Assembly (NCBI GenBank): GCA_040954595.2
Contig: CM082589.2
Coordinates: 8,688,232 to 8,752,231, forward strand
Direction of reading: 5' to 3'
DNA length: 64,000 bases
From: Balanoglossus misakiensis
Taxonomy: Eukaryota; Animalia; Hemichordata
Shown: piece by piece, positions 28,077 through 42,280 of the stretch
Layout of the letters: every line of letters starts with the position of its first letter
Numbering within the stretch: position 1 is the stretch's first letter
Notes under the pieces: model-generated
What the model saw: only the letters and a program-made list of their open reading frames with translations
Told to the model about the DNA's origin: nothing
Database searches by the model: none
Translations under genes and position numbers: made by a program

Positions 28077-31074
28077 TTGGGGGCACAAGCGCCCTCAGGC
28101 GGCTTGTGCCCCCATTGTTATTGTTGGAATTTTTACGGGCCCAAGCCAAGCCAGGCTTGGGCCCGTATTGGTTTCGTTGGGGTTTTTCTTTCTTTCTTTC
28201 TTTCTTTCTTTATTCTTGGTTCACTTCTTTCGCGCTCTAGATCTCAGACACCGCTGCAGGTACAGTTCTCAAACTTGCTACAGTGGTCAAGGTCAATGAG
28301 TAGATGTGCAGTGACTTGTGAATACTTAATTAGTCACGTGACATGGCGGCCATATTGGATTTTCTGAAAAAATGCAAATATCAGATCTCAGAAACTACAA
28401 GTCAGATCGACTTCAGATTTGGTGTGCTGGTAGTATACCCTCTGCCCATCATTTTTGTAATTGGATATTTTGCTGTCAATGTTGCAGTTTTTTTGCTACA
28501 GTTGTTTTTCTGAAATCTGGTCAAAATTTCAAAAATCTTCTTCTCCAGAACCGGCGATAACCGAGTCACGCCGTTTGGGGTATGTGGTCACCTAACTGAT
28601 GTCTATCAAGTTTGCGAAGATCATTGTGATTGGTCGAAGATTATGGCGGCCATATTGGATTTTCGAAAAACCATAGTAAAACTTCAAAAATCTTCTTCTC
28701 CAGAATGGGCGATAACCGAGTCACAAGATTTGGTGTGTGTGGTCATTAAACAGATGTCTATCAAGTTTGCGAAGGGGAATGTGATTGGTCGAAGATTATG
28801 GCGGCCATATTGGATTTTGTGAAAAACGATTAAAAAGTAAAAATTCCTTTTCTAGCCCAAAAATTGATAGCACAGAAATTCTTTTTATGGATATGAATCA
28901 TCATGTGACAAGAATAACCTATAAATATTTTGGTAATTTTGGCAATGACCTTTGACCTACTTTTGACGCATCATTTTTCTGCATATCTAATGCCAGGCTA
29001 ACCAATAGGGCTATAAGTTTGGTTTTTGATGTATGTGGATTTGTATGTGATCAAAAAATTTTGCTACTTTTCATGACCCCTTTGACCTCTACTGACCTCA
29101 TTAAATATGCATATACCTAATTACAGATGAACCAATAGACCTAGAGGTTTTGTTTTTGTTATACATGGACCAGTATGGGGTCAAAATATTTTGCCCAAAT
29201 GTTGGGTGACCTCGGGTGACCTTTGACCTACTTTTGCATATCTCGACATCCACACCAGATACAGCCTTGGCGTTTGGAGGTATGGGGCCATAATGAAAAG
29301 CCAAAGTTTTGGGTCACCTGTGACGCCTGCATAACTCATTATTTATGTGCATACCTAATTCCGGGCTAACCAAAATGGCTAGAGGTCTGGTTTTTGTTGG
29401 ACATGGACCACTATGGGTCAAAATTTTCTGCCAAAATTTTGGGTGACCTCAGATGACCTTTGACCTACTTTTGCATATCTCGGCATCCAAAGCAGGTACA
29501 GCGTTGGCATTTGGAGGTATGGGGCCATAATGAAAAGCCAAAGTTTTGTGTCACCTGTGACACCTGCTTTACTCATTATTTATGTGCATACCTAATTCCG
29601 GGCTAACCAAAAGGGCTAGAGATCTGGTTTTTGTTGGACATAGACCACTATGGGTCAAAATATTCTGCCCAAATAATTGGTGACCTCTGGGTGACCTTTG
29701 ACCTACTTAATACTATGTCAACACCAAACCTAGATATAACCTTGATATTTCATGGGATAAAACACAGCATTATGTTTCTACTCATTAATTATGTGCATAT
29801 CTAATAATCAGATCAGATAATAGAGCTTGGGCCCGGACAATGCTGCTTGCAGCTTTAATTCTTATTATTATTATTCTTCTTCTTCCGAGAAATATGTCAT
29901 TGTAAATCTGGAAAACGGCAGCACCTAGGGGGCCGAAACTTGGTAGGGTGGTAGGGGCCAATGAGTAGACGTGCAGTGGCCCGTGAATATTTAATTAGTC
30001 ACGTGACCTGGCGGCCATATTGGATTTCCTGAAAATCGTTAAATGAGTCCTTCTCAAAAACCACTGGGCTGATCGAGTTCAAATTTGGTGTGCAGGTAGC
30101 CTACCTTCTGTCCATCATTTTACCCCATTGAAATCATGACGTCATACATAAAGTTTTTTTGCTACAATTGTTTTTCTGAAAAACTACTTAAAACTTTAAA
30201 AATCTTCTTCTCCAGAACCAGCGGTTACCGAGTCTCGGGATTTGGGATATGTGGTCACCTTACCTATGTCTATCAAGTTTGCGAAGCGCACTGTGATTGG
30301 TCAATCATTATGGCGGCCATGTTGGATTTTCGGAAAACCATTGAAAAGTGATAATTCCGTTTTGTAGCCAAAATGTTGACAGCATGGAAATTCTTTTTTT
30401 GGATATGAATCATCATATGACCGGAAGTTGTCACAATTTTTCAGAGCAATTTTCACATGACCTTTGACCCAGTTTTAAAACAACTAATTATATATGCATA
30501 TTCCCCATACCTCCTCTTGTCAAAGCACCACAGTCATGAATTTTGTGGACATGGGTACCAATGCTGCCAGGACATGACACAAATATTTTGGTAATTTTGG
30601 CAATGACCCTTGACCTATTTCTGAAACATCATTTTTCTGCATATCTAATTCTAGGCTAACCAATAGGGCTAGAGGTCTGGTTTTAGTTGGACATGGCCCA
30701 CTCTGGGGTCAAAATTTTATGCCCAAATTTTGGGTGACCTTGGATGACCTTTGATCTAGTTTCCCATATCTCAGCATCCAGAGCAGTTAGAGCCCTGGCT
30801 TTTATGGGTATTGAGCACAGAATGGAGTCTTACACAAGACCTCATTAATTATGTGCATACCTAATTGCAGGCGAACCAATAGGGCTAGGGGTCTGGTTTT
30901 TTGTTGGATCTAGACTAGTTTGGGGTCCAATTTTTTTGCCCAAATTTGGGGTGACCTCAGGTGACATTTGACCTACTTTCCCATATCTTGGTATCCCCAG
31001 CAGATACAGCCGTGGCATTTGCTGGTCACCATGGGAACCGCTTGTGCCCCCCCAATGCTGCTTGCAGCTTTAAT
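28077..31074 (+). mobile_element. Helentron-associated (HINE/DINE-like) element, outer copy
   Basis: 5' hairpin gggggcacaagc...gcttgtgccccc, microsatellite tract, 3' end gcttgtgcccccccaatgctgcttgcagctttaat; absent from duplicate copy 1. Confidence 0.7.
28133..29860 (+). mobile_element. HINE-like element nested inside the outer HINE
   Basis: 5' cgggcccaagc...gcttgggcccg plus (TTTC)n; internal ~240-bp tandem units; 3' end gcttgggcccggacaatgctgcttgcagctttaat. Confidence 0.7.
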
Positions 31075-33309
31075 GTTTATTAAATTTTTTTCTTTTTCCA
31101 CATTAAAAGTAAAAAAAATCTTCACTTCTGAAAGTGATAGTCTGAATCCTTCGAAATTTAGTATGAGGTTATATTACATATGCTGGAGTATGATAAGCTG
31201 TAGAACATTCATTTGGTGGCCATATTGAATTTATTCAAAATATAAAGTGCAAACGTAAACTTTTTTTTTTTCAAAATTGTTCCAAATGTCATAGAGATAG
31301 TTTTGAATAAAAACACTAAAATAGCTTGTGTAATACCCAATATACAGCCCAAATATGGGAATCTAGGAATACTGTTCAGCATATTGAATTTATGCAAATT
31401 ATGAACTCTGCCCATGTCAAATATTACTTCAAGATGGTTCTTCATGTACATGAAATATTTTTATACTTTAAAATCATAGAAAAGGTCGTGTTTATTTCTT
31501 GATATTTGGCCCCAAAATTTTCAATATTAAATGTATGCAAATTAGAAATATTTGTACAAGGTGGATTCGGGTTCAATTAATCTAGACACCTCTCCAAAAT
31601 GTATTCTGAAGAAAAAAATTATGTTGCAATTTATGGTGGGTTAGGTCCCCAAATCTCAAACTTTGGCAGAAATGATCCTTGTAGTGATTAAAGTAAGATG
31701 GTGTACAATTATAGTGATTTTTGCATATTTGTGTTTTTGCCACTTTTGAACAAATGTGTTTTTCTTTGAAACTGTTCTTTTGATTGCTTTGAAATTTGGT
31801 AGGAATATTCCTAGGGGTAATACTATTTTTTCTGATTGCTTTGGAAGTTAGTTTACAATTTCATAACACATGTACCTGTATGTGCGACTTTTATTAAAGT
31901 CTGGTTTTTAATATTGAGGTAGTTTTGTTATAAATTCTTTGTTTTTGGATTGCAAATCTTCTCTTGAACCAATTGCCCAGTTTCTTTGAACGTTGCTGTT
32001 AACAAGGTGATGGTATACCCAGTGGCAGGTCACTCAAAATTTTTGAGCAGGTATTCCATGGTTTCTTGATATCACAAAATCGTCTTGAACAGGTCTCCAA
32101 TTAGACACTTTTAGCCCCTTGATTAGCCAATGTCCAAAAACATTTAGGCATTTCAGAGATCATTAGTCAGTTCGTCAGTCCACTTGTTATGTTGGGTTGA
32201 AAAACACACACTTAAATTACTTGCTATTTACAGTCCTACAAGCTGCTTAAAACTTGTGTGGACACTGATTTTATCATGTTGGGTATCTTCAAACTTTGAT
32301 ACCACCCTTAGCATTTTTTTATACTGACATGGTTTCTCTCCAGCGATTTCAACATCCTACTTGGAATACAACCCCTCCTCAACTTCATAATATAGGGCAT
32401 GAAATTGCAGGTTTTTGAGAACACTATTTAAAATCATCCGCATCAAGTCTGTAAACGTCTTTGAACAGATTTCTCTCCAGAGTAAAACGAAACATGCAAT
32501 AAAGAGACTTTATGCAATAAAAACATGTTGATCATAACTCCAAACAATAATTTGCTATGTACAACATGTCAATCGCTAATAGTAGGTATGGCCATAAGCA
32601 TAAACCTGTTTGTTTTGCTATCTTCACTATTCATGTTATCTGACTATATTAATACATTTGCAAGCATACTGTTTCAGACGTAGTGAAGTTGATAAACATT
32701 TACGGGTATATTTTTAACTTACGGAAGTTGATCAAAAACTGGACGCTTCACATGGGATATTTCATCCCCTCTGTAGATTGATAGTCTAACATAGCAGGCA
32801 ATCTTTCTTTCAAAACTGCAGAGGCCTTCATAAAAAGTTGTTGGCAAGAATGAAAGCTTGGGGGGGGGGGTGTAGGATTTCCTACTTTTTAGGTTATTTT
32901 TTTCTATGCCCCCCAAAAGTTATGACAAAAAATTGATGACACCCTCAGAATTTATACTCCCTCCCCCATCATACGCTATCCATATTCATATAAATATGTC
33001 AATAAAAGCCATACTGTCCTGTAGGTTTGAGCTAATATTATGAATTTTCTATTTTTTATCGTTTTGTCTTTTTCTGCATTATTGGTAAAAACATCTTCAT
33101 TTCTGAAAGCGATAGACTGACTCCTTCAAAATATAGTATGAAGCTGCCTATAGGTGGTCCGAGTTACCATAGTTTTGTTCAAATCGAAATTGTTGTAAAA
33201 TTGGCATTTTTAATTTTCAACAATTTTTGCCATTTTTGCTCAGAATGCTTTGAAATTTGGTATGCAGATTCCTAGGGGGTAACCCAAGTAAGATGTAAAA
33301 TATGCTTAA

Positions 33310-33813
33310 AGGCACGTAAGCTGTAACTTTTGGGATAATTTTCATAATTTTTGTTTCAAACTGCACTACCATTAGTCCATGCAGATGAAGGCAGTGAACT
33401 ATACACAAGCATTATAAACCCTAAATATGAGTGCATATGCAAGTTTTAACCAGATAAATAATAAAGCTTTGCCGCAAGCGATTATGGCCGCCACCGTAGG
33501 AAAATGAAAGAAACAATGAAAATGTCGCATTTCCGGTTGTGAAACTTCATAAACAAAACATGATCTCATCCACTTGAGCTCATGGAAGTAAATGTACACC
33601 ACTGAGACATCAGATTTTCATTTTTCATTGCAATATTGCATTTTTTTAAAAATTGCAGGAATTTTCGTTTTTCTTTAATTTTTGGCCATTTTGTCATAAA
33701 TAAGTGTTGAGCTTGATATATTATCATGAAATAGCATTTAATAGACATAATTAAAACCATATATGAGATTATTTAAAATTTTAATTTTTTATCCAGTTGC
33801 AGCTTACGTGCCT
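33310..33813. mobile_element. Kolobok/T2-type MITE
   Basis: TTAA-AGGCACGTAAGCTG ... CAGCTTACGTGCCT-TTAA: exact TTAA TSD with TIRs. Confidence 0.85.
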
Positions 33814-33904
33814 TTAAAATTGCGTGCTTGTGTTATTGGGGAATTTTTGTCCAATTTTAATCAAAAACTTTTTTCTCTGAAAGCGCTTGTCAGGTTGCTT
33901 TGAA

Positions 33905-35030
33905 CTTTTAGGTCCCATTTGGGACCTAATGGAATCAGTTGCGTCTGTATGTATGTATGTATGTATGGATGTATGTCTGTATACCCGTCCACATCAAAAA
34001 CTTGAAAACCGCTGCGTGTATCACCTTGATATTTGGTGTGTAGATGCATGCTGGGCTGTAAATGGGAGTTTCTTCAAATGGAGTTGTCATTGACTTTTAA
34101 AAATATGCAAATTAGGTGGAAAAATATAAATGGGTCAAAACTCAAACTCACCAACTACTAATCAGATTAATTTGGAAATTGGTATGCAGGTACCTTATGT
34201 CTACCTCAAACAGTCCTGTATGTTTAGAGCTAATATTGATTTTCTATTTTTGATGCATTTGTTAATATTAATTTTTCAACATTATTGGTAAAAATCTTCA
34301 TTTCTGAAAGTGATCGGCCTACTTCTTTGAAATTTAGTATGAAGCTTCTTATAGGTTGTCTGAGTAACCATGGTTTTGTTCAAATTATTGCAAAAAATTA
34401 CATATTTATAATTTTGATGATAATTTTTTTGTTATTTTTCCCCTCTGAAACCGCTTGTCAGATTGCTTCGATTGATTCGCTTTTTGGCAGGCATGTTCCT
34501 TGTGGTGATTGAAGTTAGGATTTTGAACAATTTTGGTGATATTTGCTTGTATGTGTTTTTGCCACTTTTGAACAAATATTTAGCGAGTTTTTTTTGCAAA
34601 TTATTGATTTTGGTTAGCAAATCTTCTAAACTCATGTCCAGTTGCATTGAAAGTTACTGTTTACAAGGTATTGGTACCCCGAGACTGTTTACACTACATG
34701 TTTACATAACTTAATAGGCCACCTGTTACAGAGACCACTAGCTATTGAATGTCTGTCAGTCTGTCCAAGGGCTGACTGTAAGAAGTTGCTTGTCATGTAT
34801 GTTTCTACACACAATTTTTGGTCAAACATAAATTTTCTTGCATCACTTGTAAGACTGCCATGACACATGACAGTCTATTGGGCATGGTCCTTGTTAATTT
34901 TTTTACATTTTTATATTTATATATGGTTTGGTCATATCTGCTTGCCAGTGTCGCATGTGAGTTTTATTCTTGTCTATAACTAATTCCGTGTAATCCTCAA
35001 ATGGGACCACAGTGTCCTTGACGCTATTTT
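33905..35030 (+). mobile_element. Second HINE-like family copy (related pieces near 22185, 22715, 27300-28070, 38440, 41280-42010, 52090)
   Basis: 5' ttttaggtcccatttgggacctaa plus (TGTA)n; 3' atgggaccacagtgtccttgacgctattt (sub-TIR plus small hairpin). Confidence 0.6.
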
Positions 35031-35756
35031 TTCATAGCCATCCCTAAAAGTCCGGTGTTATGCCCCCCCCCCAATTTCTCATGTAAAAAAATCGATGGCC
35101 CCCTGGAAATCCTACAGCCACCTCAATTTCTGGGGAAGTATATTCTCAACACTCCCTTATATCACATCCCATATATTGCGACATACAGGTTTATGATTTG
35201 TTACTAACTGCTATGCATATTTCATTCACAGATGGAAGCCATGATTGTCGCAATTTCAACTGGTCCAGGGTTTCTCGTTCTCCTGTGCGCTGAAGCTTGG
35301 TTAAGACTACTTTCTGGTAAGCATGAGTTCATCTATATTTGCTTTTTTAGGGCATTATTGATTTCTTGTAATGTGATTATGATGACATCAATGAACTGGA
35401 CATAAATTTAGAATTGGCAGAATTACCCATAGCTGTAATTGTATATAGGCGCCTTGAATTTAATTATTTGTTTGCCGTCCATGGGTGGGTATGTTTTAGG
35501 TACAGTGTTATTGAGTCTGTGTGCATGTTTCTGTTGTTTACACATAAATATCATTTGTCACCTGATTGCCATGTAAGAGTATACCCATGTGGAGCTTCTT
35601 TACTCTGCAGTACTATTACTGATGTAAGTGGAGTTTCAAAATTGCAGTTTTCACAGATTTCTCTGCTAAGTATTCCATTGTTGTGTGTTGTCACAACACA
35701 GCACTGACTCTACATTATACCATGTTCTGCATTTTTGACTTATTAGTATGACATAA

Positions 35757-37692
35757 GGGACTGTCCAGAATTTACTTCCAGGGTGGGTCTGGAGGATTTC
35801 TTATTTTCCTGGTGATTTTTTTCCATGCCCCCCCCCCCCAAGTAAATTGTGCAGGAAATCTGTGCCCCCCCCCTTAAATTTCCTGTTTTTTTCCATGCCC
35901 CCCAATATATACATGCATACTTACAGACTACGGCACAAACAGTCTGACAAGACAAGTTCATCACCCTTTGCAAGAACAATCAAGAGATCATTTACACACT
36001 GATATAACCAATTTTACAGGGGACAGTTAAGTGGTCATAAAAATCATGTTTTTGCAGGGACTGCAAGTGGCACACTTTTGGGAAGCCTAGCAATGGGCAA
36101 CTAAGATTGTAGTTTTCTGAAAATAAATTAATTATGACAAAACTTCCTACTATGTCCACTATATCAAATACTTCAGTTGTAAATAAGCCATGTCAAAAAC
36201 ACTGCAACAGCACTTTTTCATCAGAGGTTTTTCAAAGGAAAATATACAATTATGATCATTGTATCTAATTATCAAGCAGAGTGACATAGTATTTGATTTA
36301 TATTTTTCAATACAGCATTTTTCAATGGGTTATGTGTGACAGTTTCAGGAAATTGACAATAATCAATTGTTTAACAATTTCATATTTTACTTTCTCTTTT
36401 TTACAATCAACAATCAAGTATTTTTTAGAAAATTCAAATCAAACATGAGATTGTGTCCTTTACAGTTTTTTAAAAATATTCTGCAAGTTTTGGCAAAAAC
36501 ATAAAAAAAATGTTTCTTGTTTTTCAATTGGTAAATTAAAAAATAATGTAGTCATGCACAATTTTATGGGGTTTTTTCAACCTTTTTTTAACAAGTGTGG
36601 CTATCACAAAACAATATAATTTTATGTGTTTGTACTATAATCAAAACAATAGGTACATCACAGGCAAAAGAGTTGCTGTTACACATGAGCATACTCTGAG
36701 GAGTGGACCAAGAAAGTGCACTTGACACTAAAACATTCAGATAAAATTGACAAAAGTTAAAGCCAATGTCTCTTTAAGTTTAATATTACCAGAAAGCAGG
36801 GTGCCATTAATATCTTTAAGATATCAATGAGACAGAAATTGCAAATTCGACTGTGTTGAGCCTCACAAAAATTGTAGACAAGCACGATTCAGACTGCAAA
36901 CAAAAAGACATTTTAAAAATATATATTGTGTATAATTTTAGTTTGTAGGAATTAGAATTCTTGCCCATATATTGTGCAATTTTGAACAAAATAGAAAAGA
37001 AATCAACACATACTTCGAGGTCAACAAATCTTAAGAGTTAACAAGAGTTACGTCTAGTAGGGCTTTAAATCTGGATTCTTACCCGAGTACCATATTTTAG
37101 CAAGTAAAATGAATGTGATTTATTATGTCTTACTTTATTCACAGTCACTCTACAAAATACTTCAGGCGTACTATGCTTTATTCTATAAAATGTAGAATTA
37201 ATTTATCACTAGCTGCTGGTATAGATAGATTGGCAAAAAAGTCTAATTCTTTAAATCTTGTCTGGACTTGAATTGAGCTCAGTTATCAACAGTAACAACA
37301 CTGACAGTTCACTGTACATATATGGTCTGTGCTGGCAGGCCAAATAAGTTGGACATCTTATTATGCCTCACAGAGTAGTAGAACAAGAAACTGTAGTACA
37401 TATATGAAATACACCACCGTAAAAATTACCTGAAATTCCAGCTTATGGTGATTTAATAATACGCTTGTGGTGTTCATCTGTCATCCAGGTAGCCATGCTG
37501 GTTTGTTTCTTATAAACCAGTACTTCTGGGCAAATATTAAGTTTGTGAGGTTTTTTTACATGGCCCCCCTAAAGGACTGTGATTTTTATGTCTGCCCCCC
37601 CCTAATTTTTCTTGGGGAAAATTGGTGACCCCCCCCCCCCCCCCCCCCTGAAAATCCTCCGGCCCCCCTGGAAGTATATTCTGGACAGTCCC
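35757..37692. mobile_element. PIF/Harbinger-type non-autonomous element, 1.9 kb
   Basis: TIRs GGGACTGTCCAGAAT(T/A)TACTTCCAGG with an exact TAA target duplication; no ORF. Confidence 0.85.
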
Positions 37693-40600
37693 TAATGCAA
37701 GTTTGTGATTGGTTACTTATAAACATGCACATATATTTGATTCACAGGCGGTGTCTTAAGTGGTCATCATTAGGCTGTGCAGGAGGGGGAGAAGACCTTG
37801 GATCCTATGTTAAAGACCCCGTCAAGTACCTTTTTCTGGTAACCACAACTTGTTGTATACATGCTACATAGCCAGTTTATATGTTACTGTTTTTAATCAA
37901 ATAGTTAATTCACCCTCTCAATTTTATTGGGGCAGCAATCCACCATTGGTTTATTATGCACACCTCTAATAATCACTTGTCAGATGAATATTCTCCACTT
38001 GGTAACCTTTATGTAGTGCTATCCTCCACGATCAAGAAGTGGGTTGATTATGACTATTTGAATAGGGTACCTAATTGTATTAAGGGTATAGGGGAAGTAT
38101 TTCACAAATGTTTGTGTACATGGATTTCTCATTTCAACTCATTGGAGATTTTTTTCCTTCATTTTGTGATCTTAGTTAGTTTGGCGCAAATTGTTGCCAG
38201 TTTTGAATATTTGTAATGTTTGGTCAATTTTTGCCATTCCGAGTCGAAAATCGTTTTTCTGAAACTTTTTGTCAGATAGCTTTGAAATTTGGAAGGCATG
38301 TTCCTACTCAGGCGAGGGGTGTAAACCTAAGTAAACTGTTGGTATGAAATTTGGTGAAACTTTTGGGAAATTTTGCAACTTTTCATCAAAAATTGTTTGA
38401 AACTACTTGTCAGATTGATTGTAAATTTAGTCAATCTTTGTAGGCCCCATTCAATATATGTGTGTATACCACTGGGACCTTATGCGATACAGCTGCTTCT
38501 GTATCTATGTCCATCCACAACAAAAACTTATAGCCGCAATATTTGGAGTGTAAAGGCTGTTTTGTAGATATAATTTTGTTTAAGTTGTCATGGCCAAAAA
38601 TGTGCAAATGAGCTTGAAAAATGTTAAATTGGTCTAAACTCATCAACTACTGGGCAAATTGCTTTATAAATTTGTATGCATGACGACTTCAAAGTCCTGC
38701 ATGTTTTGAGCTCATATCATGAGTTTTCTATTTTTTATGCTTGTTTGGACTTTTCCATATTTTTTGTAAATAAACAATTTATGGAAGTGATAGCCAATTT
38801 CTTTAAAATTTAGCATGAAGCTTCCTATATTTGATCTAAGGTGGTTTTTGTAAATTGTTACAAAAATTGCCTATTTGTAAGTTTCGGAGATTTTTACCAA
38901 TTTTGCTCAAAAATCATTTTCTCTGAAATCCCTCGTAAGATTGCTTTTAAATTTGGTTGGAACGTTGCTTGGGGTTACCCAAGTAAGATGTTGTAAAATG
39001 TTAGTGAAATTTGTGTTCTTGGGGCAATATTTGCAATTTTCCATCAAAAGTCGTATCCTTTAAACTATTTGTTGATAATAGCTGGTAGCCGATCAAAACT
39101 CTGGTTGTACTCAGCTTGTGACTGTCGATAAAACTATTATTTTCAATAAAAATCTGCCGAGAAAATACAGACTGATTCCAAAGGATTCTTATCTTAAATA
39201 GTATAGGCTGAAACTATTTCCGTCATAACAGAAGGGTTCAAAACGTAATAATCTAATGCTGTAAGTCGCAATCTCGCCTTCCTATCTCCAGTGAAAAATG
39301 ATAAGACAACACCAATGGTATGAGTAATGATATAACCCATATTTATTTCAAGTTAACTAAACTGTGATAAAAGCAGTGATAAAACTGGTTTCAATTTAGA
39401 AGGTATTGCTTGGACCACGAAAAAAGACAATTAATACTGACAGTAATGAAACGCATCCCATCCATGCATTCATCAAAAGTGATTTCTCCATGCTTTTTGA
39501 GCAACTTGGCCTATGTATAGTACCCTATTGTCTCTCAATGCAAGCCACTTGCTTTCACAAAACAATCCCATTTTGCCACTTTGTACTGTTCTTTATATTT
39601 TGATCTGAATCTAAAAATACCATCGAATCATCCAGTGTGAGTTAGCACTGTAGTTAGCCAAAGTTATAAATCCACAGTTACCCAGCAAATTTGATATAAT
39701 GCTTCCAAAGGTATTGGTTTTGAACTCTCTTCAGAAATAGGTATGAACATTTTAAAATTTCTACTGTTTCAACCCAGACTAGTTTATTTCTGAATAAACA
39801 GAGAAATGACAACCGGATAGATTATTCCTCTGTAATAAAGACATATGCAGACACAAGAAAAAGTCTGAACATAATCAGTACATTACTAAAACAGTGTAGG
39901 TACATTGTACTATAAACTCAGGAAGGTTAGTGACTATTGTTTGCCAAAAATGGTCTCAAGTCATTTCTCAAGCAGAGCAGAATAGTAGCTTTGAGAAGCA
40001 AAGTGTGATGATTTAAAATGTGAAAAGACAACACCAATCTCTAGCTCTGCTCTTAGCACTGCAAATGTTATCAGACAGGTAGATAGATGTTCAGTCATCC
40101 AATGTCTGTCAACACTTTTTCTTTTCTGAAATCACTGGTGCAAGTGCTTTCAAATTTGGTATGCAGGTTTCTGGGAGTAGCGAAGTAATGCGTGTTCAAA
40201 TTGTGTTGAATTCTGCATATTTGTAGTTTGAAACGAGTTTTTGCTGTTTTTGGAAGAAGAAATAAGCTTGTAGGATTTCTTTGACTATGCAAGTTTATAG
40301 GGATGACGCAAGTTGTTTCTTCAAAATGTGGTGAAATTTGCATATTTTTTTTGGGGGGGGGGGGAATTTTCTCTTAAATTTAGTATGTATCTCCATGAGG
40401 TTTGTGACATAACCTGCAATTTTGTATTTTGGGGGCAGTTGCCTTTTTATTTGGACTAAAAATCATATTAGAATATGCATATCTGATTGTCATGTCCACA
40501 GGGGTGATATTATTTGTTTACATTATGACCGAATCTGTAAAGTTTTCATAATGATCTTTAAAATTGGTACGTCTAATTGTTTCGATCTTTGTTGTGAATT

Positions 40601-41489
40601 GTCCCTGAGTGATCTTAGTCATTTTTTTTTAAATTCTGCTGAATATTGCATTATTATTTTATGTCCGAGTCTGAAGAGTAGTCCTCTTCTCTGATACCCC
40701 TTGACCTAAAGTCAGGTGTCAAATAGTATAATTTGCATATTTGTTGCATATGGGATATTGTTGCAGTTTTTTGAAATTCAAGATGGCTGCCAATCTTTGT
40801 TTTTAACTCTTTGGAAAAACATTTATTTAAATACAAGGTGGTGAACATCACATTTTTTCAAACAGTAATTGATATAGCTATCATTGTTTCTGAAAATCTT
40901 AACTTGTAGGATTCTTTTTTAATCTCTAGCATCTGCAAAGACCACTAAAACAGCAACTCTATAAAAAGTCTTATTGCTTAGTACTGACACAAAGTGGTAA
41001 AAAGATATGCAGCTTTTGACTTCTTACAGGCTTACATTTTGTTAGTAATATCAGTCCCTTTTTGGTATTGTGCTGTTTTTTTTTCAGGAGCTTGGGCCCC
41101 ATTCCCTGGATTTTTTTTGCACACCTGGCTCTGAAAAGCTGCCACACCTAGGCTTCTCAAATTTGTCACAGCTGTCCTTGCCAACGAGTGTGCACCTTGA
41201 AATTCAAATCAGTTATTTGACCTGGCAGCCATATTCAGTTAAACTTTTTGAATTAATGCAAATTAGCTGGGACAATTTGAAATTGGTCAAAACTCAGAAA
41301 CTCGACAACCACTGGTCAGATTGATTTGACAATTGGTATGCAAGTACCTTATGTCAACCACATACAGTCCTATATTTTTTTTGAACAAATAGTTTGAATA
41401 TTCTATTTTATGCATTTTTTCATCATTTTTGGCAAAAAGTCTACTTTTCTAGAATTGATGAGTCGACTTCTTTGGGTGACGGCAAAGGC

Positions 41490-41915
41490 TAGGGGGGAAT
41501 TTAAACTTTAAAATCCAAAAGGGACGGGGGTCATCTTCTTTTTTAAACCTTTAAGGGGGGATCCCATTCTTTTTGCCCCACAAAATTACAGTTCCGAGGT
41601 CTTTTTTTTACAAAATGTACTAATCACACCCACCCCTTCATTCTTCACCACATTTCATTTATTGGCTGGTTTGTCTATTGTACCAGAACAGGCTACTTGC
41701 CATCCCACCCCACCGATGCAAACTTTGAGTGGCATAAGTAAAATTGTCGTAACATTGAGCTAATTTGCTTTTGGGCTCACTAAAATGCAACTTTGAGCTC
41801 TGTATTTGTACAAAATGTTCATTAATTGGCTGGTTTGTCTATTGTACCCGGCCGGCATACATAAGATCAAGGACAACGAATGTTTTAGTGGGAGGGGGGG
41901 GGGGGGGGGTCATAT
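41490..41915 (+). mobile_element. Degenerate copy of the 13662 Harbinger-type family
   Basis: Shares ctggtttgtcta-tgtaccag, cccaccccaccgatg and aacattgag-taat...tgcaactttgagc with 13900-14210. Confidence 0.55.
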
Positions 41916-42280
41916 TTTATTGCCTCTCTGTATGTGTCTGTCTGTCTGTACTCCTGTGTAGACTTCTTTTAGTGTAATCACTAAATGAGACCACAGTGTC
42001 CCTGACGCGATTTTCAGTGACCCCGGGGTAACCTTTGACCAGCTTTCCTATATCTTAGTATTCACAGCAGAATACAGCCTTGGCATACTAACCCTGGTAA
42101 CCATGGGAACTGTTTGGGCCCCACCAATGGTGCTGGCAGCTTTAATTTTTAAATGATTTCTTCTTATCATTGTTTTTTTATCAATGATGATGACTTGATC
42201 TAATCAGTTTTTAAAAATAATTTCATTCTTTTTTTACATTAGGTTCATTGGTAACACTGCTGCTAGAGGGAGTGTAATAT

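Larger units (their letters stand above)
20030..32010 (+). repeat. Tandem segmental duplication: copy 1 about 20030-23745, copy 2 about 23780-32010 (expanded by insertions)
   Basis: Both copies start agagctactatgactggttactaacttcta, end ...ctgttaacaaggtga and are collinear. More diverged related sequence continues to about 39060. Confidence 0.9.
20077..37838 (+). ncRNA. Candidate multi-exon non-coding transcript or decayed gene made of six homologous exon cassettes
   Basis: Cassettes at 20077-20151, 20719-20791, 23829-23903, 25102-25174, 35232-35316 and 37748-37838. Each is bounded by an attcacag-like acceptor and a g|gtaagc (once g|gtaacc) donor. There is no continuous reading frame across them. 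Confidence 0.4.
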
